Shown: one piece after another, positions 59,889 to 64,000 of the stretch
Position numbering within the stretch: the first letter of the stretch is position 1
How the letters are laid out: each line of letters begins with the position of its first letter
DNA from: Candidatus Omnitrophota bacterium
GTDB taxonomy: Bacteria > Omnitrophota > Gorgyraeia > Gorgyraeales > Gorgyraeaceae
Direction: 5' to 3'
Assembly: GCA_030649895.1 (NCBI GenBank)
Contig: JAUSEX010000037.1
Coordinates: forward strand, 3,815 to 67,814
DNA: 64,000 bases
Notes under the pieces: generated by a model
Database searches by the model: none
Told to the model about the DNA's origin: nothing
Seen by the model: the letters and a program-made list of their open reading frames with translations, nothing else
Program-made: the position numbers and the translations under genes

Positions 59889-60605
59889 GTGAAAAAAAGT
59901 TTGAGTTTAACATTATTGGCAGCAGCGGGACTGATAGTATTCAGCGTAGCTAGTTGTGGCGGATCAAGTCAACCGCAGGCAAAGTCCAATGTTTCGGAAG
60001 AAGCAAAGCAGGTTGCAAAAGCAAATTATTCTTATGATGAAGAAAATGCTTATAGTACGGTTTCTTCCGGCAAGGGAACAATATCGGGCTTTAAGGGTTT
60101 TTCTGTTTATACGGACGCAAGATCTCCTGATAACCATTACATAGCTTCAGGTTACATGGGGGATTACTCAGACGTTAAGATAGATAACGCAAGTTTTGAC
60201 AACCCGCACAGTGGCACTACCTGCATCAAGGTTGCTTATTCAAACGCCTCGAGCCAGGGCGCAAGATGGTCAGGCATGTATTGGCAGAGCCCTGCAAATA
60301 ATTGGGGTGATAAAAAAGGCGGGTTTGATCTGACAGGCGCCACAAAACTCACATTGTGGGTAAGAGGCGCAAAGGGCGGGGAGAGGATAGAGGAGTTCAA
60401 GATAGGCGGTATAACAGGCCTTTATCCTGATTCAGATATAGCAGGTATAGGACCCGTGCTATTGACTACAGAATGGCAGAGGCACGAAATAGACCTGAGC
60501 GGCAAGGACCTCAGCTACATAAGCGGAGGATTTTGCTGGTCAAGCAATTTAGACGTGAATCCTGACGGCGTTACTTTTTATCTAGATGATATAAAGTACG
60601 AATAG
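59889..60605 (+). CDS. lipoprotein with carbohydrate-binding-module-like beta-sandwich (hypothetical)
   Basis: GTG start after AAGGAGGG. LLAAAGLIVFSVASCGG lipobox. Aromatic/Gly-rich beta-sandwich-like sequence (GTTCIKVAYSN ... WSGMYWQS ... LTLWVRGAKGG). Confidence 0.5.
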   Translation: MKKSLSLTLLAAAGLIVFSVASCGGSSQPQAKSNVSEEAKQVAKANYSYDEENAYSTVSSGKGTISGFKGFSVYTDARSPDNHYIASGYMGDYSDVKIDNASFDNPHSGTTCIKVAYSNASSQGARWSGMYWQSPANNWGDKKGGFDLTGATKLTLWVRGAKGGERIEEFKIGGITGLYPDSDIAGIGPVLLTTEWQRHEIDLSGKDLSYISGGFCWSSNLDVNPDGVTFYLDDIKYE

Positions 60606-60655
60606 TGGCGTAAATACTTAGCAGAAAAACAAGGTATTCTTAGAGCGAAGCCGAA

Positions 60656-60682
60656 GGTCGAGTCGAGAGGCTCTCGACTCGA
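60656..60682. repeat. perfect 13-nt inverted repeat (gtcgagtcgagag / ctctcgactcgac) in intergenic region, flanked by cgaag / tcgctcg tandem motifs; possible terminator or regulatory hairpin
   Basis: Read directly. No U-tract. Confidence 0.4.
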
Positions 60683-60711
60683 CTCGCTCGCTCGAAGAAT
60701 ATTAATGAATT

Positions 60712-61935
60712 ATGAAAACTAAAATTATTTGTGTAGTTTTTATGGCGTTGGTTGTGTTGGTGGCCGGCGCATTTGCTTTTTCTATCTTTTCTAAGATTGG
60801 CGAGCCATCCAGGGTTTATATAAAAACTATAGATGGAAAACGTTTTCAGCTAGTAGTCAAGAATCGTCCTTATGTTATTAAAGGTATGGTCTATAACCCT
60901 GTGCCCATAGGAGAGAATCATTTATATGATTTCTGGAGCGATTCGCGTAAGCCTCATATGGTGGATGGCAAGCTCATGAAAGATGCAGGCGTGAATACTA
61001 TAAGGGTTTATCAGCCGGGTAAATATGCGGAAAATACGAAAGAGACAATGAGGGATTTATACAATATATTCGGGATCAGGGTGGCAATGGGGCATTGGCT
61101 TGGATTCTGGGATAGTCCTAATTACGCAGACCCTGTTTTCATGGAACGGGTCAAGAAAGACGTCCTTGATATGGTGAGAACCTATAAGGATGAAAAGGGA
61201 ATATTGATGTGGATACTGGGCAACGAGAATAATATATCGTTCTCATACAGTCCGCAGAGCATGAATCTATGGACTACAGATGAGATAGAAAAATTAGATG
61301 ACCCGTTTTTGAAAAGGCAGGCGAGGGCAAAATTTTATTATTCTTTCGTAAACGAGATTGCCAGGGAAATACATAAGATAGACAAAAATCACCCCGTGGT
61401 TTTAGCCAACGCAGAGCTTACAGACATAGATGCTGCAACGGATGTTGCGTCTGATATAGATATACTCGGGTGTTCGATATATAGAGGAAAATCATTTGGA
61501 AGTTTTTTCAGGGAGGCTCAGAAAAAGCTTAATAAACCTGTGCTTATAACAGAGTTCGGGTGCGATAGATACGATGCATTTTTGGAAAAAGAAGATCAGT
61601 CTGTCCAGGCTGAATTCATAGAGGCGGAAGTAAAAGAGGTGAAAAAAAATCTTTTTAACGGGACCGGCGTGGGAAATTCAATAGGTTGTTTTGTGTTTGA
61701 ATGGACGGACGAATGGTGGAAAGCAGAGGAGAATGACGCTAGCAAATGGGGCATTCATGACACTACGGCCTGCTGGTCTAACGGCGCATATTATTGCGAT
61801 ATAAAAGCTTCTCAGAATATGAATATAAACGAAGAATGGTGGGGCGTATGTTCCCTGAAAAAAAATAAGGCTGGCCTTGACGAACGTGTGCCTACTCAGG
61901 CATACTTTAAGTTAAAGGAACTATGGAAAAAATAA
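60712..61935 (+). CDS. membrane-anchored/secreted clan GH-A glycoside hydrolase (GH2/GH72-like motifs)
   Basis: FQLVVKNRPYVIKGMVYNP ... KDAGVNTIRVYQP ... ILMWILGNENN ... KPVLITEFGCDRY ... FVFEWTDEWWK. N-terminal hydrophobic helix. Confidence 0.75.
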   Translation: MKTKIICVVFMALVVLVAGAFAFSIFSKIGEPSRVYIKTIDGKRFQLVVKNRPYVIKGMVYNPVPIGENHLYDFWSDSRKPHMVDGKLMKDAGVNTIRVYQPGKYAENTKETMRDLYNIFGIRVAMGHWLGFWDSPNYADPVFMERVKKDVLDMVRTYKDEKGILMWILGNENNISFSYSPQSMNLWTTDEIEKLDDPFLKRQARAKFYYSFVNEIAREIHKIDKNHPVVLANAELTDIDAATDVASDIDILGCSIYRGKSFGSFFREAQKKLNKPVLITEFGCDRYDAFLEKEDQSVQAEFIEAEVKEVKKNLFNGTGVGNSIGCFVFEWTDEWWKAEENDASKWGIHDTTACWSNGAYYCDIKASQNMNINEEWWGVCSLKKNKAGLDERVPTQAYFKLKELWKK

Positions 61936-61936
61936 G

Positions 61937-64000
61937 ATGATAAATCTAATCGCGGAAAGTAAAGAGTCAAAAGTAAAGAGTCAAAACCGAAAGGTAAAAT
62001 TTAAAACCTTTGGATTTCTGATCGCAGTTTTTACTTTTTCGTTTTTACTTTTTAATTTTTATTGCTATGCCCAGGAGCAGGATATCGCAGAGAGTTTCGG
62101 CCTGTACAGCAAAGGTATAGATTATTATCATAAAGGCAGATTATATGAAGCGCAGGAGATTCTCGAACAGTCCGTGAGGCTTGACCCTAGAAACTACGAG
62201 GCCCAGGGATATCTGGATCTGGTGAACGCAGAGATCAATATGCGCGGCAAAGGCAAGTTGGATATCTACCAGCAGGCAGATAAATTGACAAGGGAAATGG
62301 ATTTTGACAATAGGAAGCAATACGCGGAAATAGAAGAGTATAGGCAGTATGGAAATGATCCCCAGCCGCAAATAGAATCCTACGAAGATTCTGATAATCC
62401 GGAATACTATTCCGAAGAAGAGGTTGTTGAAAGCAGCCCTAATAATAAAGGCAAGATTAGCGGTGAGCTCAGGGTTTCTATGGGCGTTACTTCAGAGGAT
62501 TTTATATGGAAAGACGCCAATGGTGATAAGATTGGAGTGCCTTTTGAAAAAAATTGGAGATATCTGTGGGGTCAGGACAGGTACAATACATATGATAAAA
62601 AGATTTACGATAGTTTAAAAATTAATGTAGATACAATGAAGGAGTATGGTTTTAATTTTTACAGCCAGATTACAATAGACCCTTGGACATTCGTAGGCAC
62701 AGAAGACGTGAGGATTAATTCTACTTTAGGCGGGGATTACGCAGATATTAATTTAAAATACTGGTCAGGCACAAGAAGCACTATAAATGAGATCTACAGG
62801 ACTAACAAAGGAAATATTATAAATCTTAAGGAGATAAAGATCAAACATGGCCTTACAAGCCCTAATACCCCGACCGGCCTTACAGACTGGTCCACAAATT
62901 TTACATCTATTCCGACAGGCACAGAGATAGACTGGAAATATATGCCTGTAAGGAAACTATGGGTGGATTACGCCAACGAAGATAAGACATTTGATGGAAG
63001 GGTGTTTTTCATGGCTGACCAATATCAGGCGCTAACTTCCGATGATCCATTAAGGCTTTCCAATAACCATGTTTACTGGGAGGAAAGTCCCTGGCTGGAT
63101 GAGTATGAGCCAAGCAGGATATTTTATCCTGACAGCGGTCTCAGGCCTGTTAAGCAAGGAAGGTGGGTTCGCAGGCTTTCATTTTTTGCCAAGGATAGCG
63201 AACAGGACAGGCTTACTTTTTTAAGAGGGGTGTCGCTTAACGGAGATATTTTTTCCGGCTCTAATTATAAGATGACAGTCGCCACTCCTATGAACTTATG
63301 GGATGATTATGAAAATGTTACAAGCATTCCTGCCGCGTTCAGGACAAAGACAGAAATCACTCCGGAATTTACGCTCGGGTCTATCTATACTTTTAAAGGA
63401 GGCATGCGTTCCGACAGCCTGGAGGCAATGAATCAGGTTTTAGGCATTGACGCTGATTACAGCATCTCTCCTGAATGGGATATTGTGGCAGAGGCCGCGG
63501 GGTCAAAAACAGATGTGGACGAGGCAAATGGGATGGGAACTTCTTATGACGGGGCGGCGTATAGCGTAGGTATAAAAAGCGAAGCGTATAAAACAGCCTT
63601 AACTGCGAATTACATGGCCCAGGATTTCTACCCCGGGCTTTCCAATTACAGGTATACAAGGAAGGACCAGTTTTATTCCAGTCACATCAGATTTTCTAAA
63701 ATTCCAGATCAAGATGAGGCTATAAGCGTAGGGGACGGTATTGACAGAGGCAGGATAACGGCTAATTTTAAAACAGAGGGGGATTTTTTAGACGGGGATT
63801 TAAACGCAAAATTAAATCTCAGGGATGTGCATAAAGATAACGGCAAGAATGTGGAAACAGCAGGAAGAACTGAGGCCACGCTTAAAGTGACGCCGCAGAT
63901 GACGCTGAAGGCCCTGGGAGGATATCGAAAACTTCCAAAAACAATAGCAGGCTTGGACCCTCTGTTTTACGCTAAAAGCTCTTACGCGTTTACGGATTAT
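61937..64000 (+). CDS. secreted hypothetical protein, 3'-partial (runs off window end; not in supplied ORF track)
   Basis: ATG at 61937 immediately after the TAA of the previous gene. 688 sense codons to the window end with no stop (translated by hand). N-terminal signal-like FGFLIAVFTFSFLLFNFYCYAQEQ. TPR-like helix pair, then a Y/W/G/D-rich beta-rich sequence reminiscent of an outer-membrane or surface protein. Confidence 0.6.
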   Translation, partial: MINLIAESKESKVKSQNRKVKFKTFGFLIAVFTFSFLLFNFYCYAQEQDIAESFGLYSKGIDYYHKGRLYEAQEILEQSVRLDPRNYEAQGYLDLVNAEINMRGKGKLDIYQQADKLTREMDFDNRKQYAEIEEYRQYGNDPQPQIESYEDSDNPEYYSEEEVVESSPNNKGKISGELRVSMGVTSEDFIWKDANGDKIGVPFEKNWRYLWGQDRYNTYDKKIYDSLKINVDTMKEYGFNFYSQITIDPWTFVGTEDVRINSTLGGDYADINLKYWSGTRSTINEIYRTNKGNIINLKEIKIKHGLTSPNTPTGLTDWSTNFTSIPTGTEIDWKYMPVRKLWVDYANEDKTFDGRVFFMADQYQALTSDDPLRLSNNHVYWEESPWLDEYEPSRIFYPDSGLRPVKQGRWVRRLSFFAKDSEQDRLTFLRGVSLNGDIFSGSNYKMTVATPMNLWDDYENVTSIPAAFRTKTEITPEFTLGSIYTFKGGMRSDSLEAMNQVLGIDADYSISPEWDIVAEAAGSKTDVDEANGMGTSYDGAAYSVGIKSEAYKTALTANYMAQDFYPGLSNYRYTRKDQFYSSHIRFSKIPDQDEAISVGDGIDRGRITANFKTEGDFLDGDLNAKLNLRDVHKDNGKNVETAGRTEATLKVTPQMTLKALGGYRKLPKTIAGLDPLFYAKSSYAFTDY

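Overview
AT-rich 64-kb window. About half is one 5'-truncated giant ORF (nt 1-31868, + strand, at least 10,600 codons in the window). It encodes a mosaic, multi-pass membrane-anchored protein: two clan GH-A glycosidase-like modules, a UDP-sugar-pyrophosphorylase-like module, a MidA/NDUFAF7-like methyltransferase module, a papain-like peptidase-like module, and an HExxH motif inside a TM cluster. These are separated by TM clusters and long K/E-rich helical linkers. Downstream on the + strand is a six-gene cassette. It comprises an HExxH protein, an IS200-like/RAYT Y1 transposase, and four large signal-peptide-bearing multi-domain enzymes. One is a GalE-like epimerase + GT2 + APH-like kinase fusion, and one is a free-standing paralogue of a ~3.5-kb internal module of the giant gene. 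Every gene in this cassette is preceded by a ~25-30-nt REP-like motif (GGGACGTYCTATW..GGGACACCC), and two copies flank the RAYT gene in inverted orientation. Adjacent gene pairs share near-identical 5' leader modules of promoter-proximal repeat plus signal peptide. The window then holds arfB, cstA and tRNA-Leu, a minus-strand FIST / GAF-histidine-kinase / REC-GGDEF operon, tRNA-Glu, and a PilZ gene. It ends with a sugar ABC transporter, two free-standing clan GH-A glycosidases, a CBM-like lipoprotein, and a 3'-truncated secreted-protein gene. The genome style (giant gene, low GC, secreted nucleotide-dependent enzymes) resembles Omnitrophota-like bacteria, which are known for giant genes; this is inference only. 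The most interesting system is the giant mosaic gene plus its satellite effector-like cassette, which exchange modules and share leaders and a REP/RAYT repeat system.
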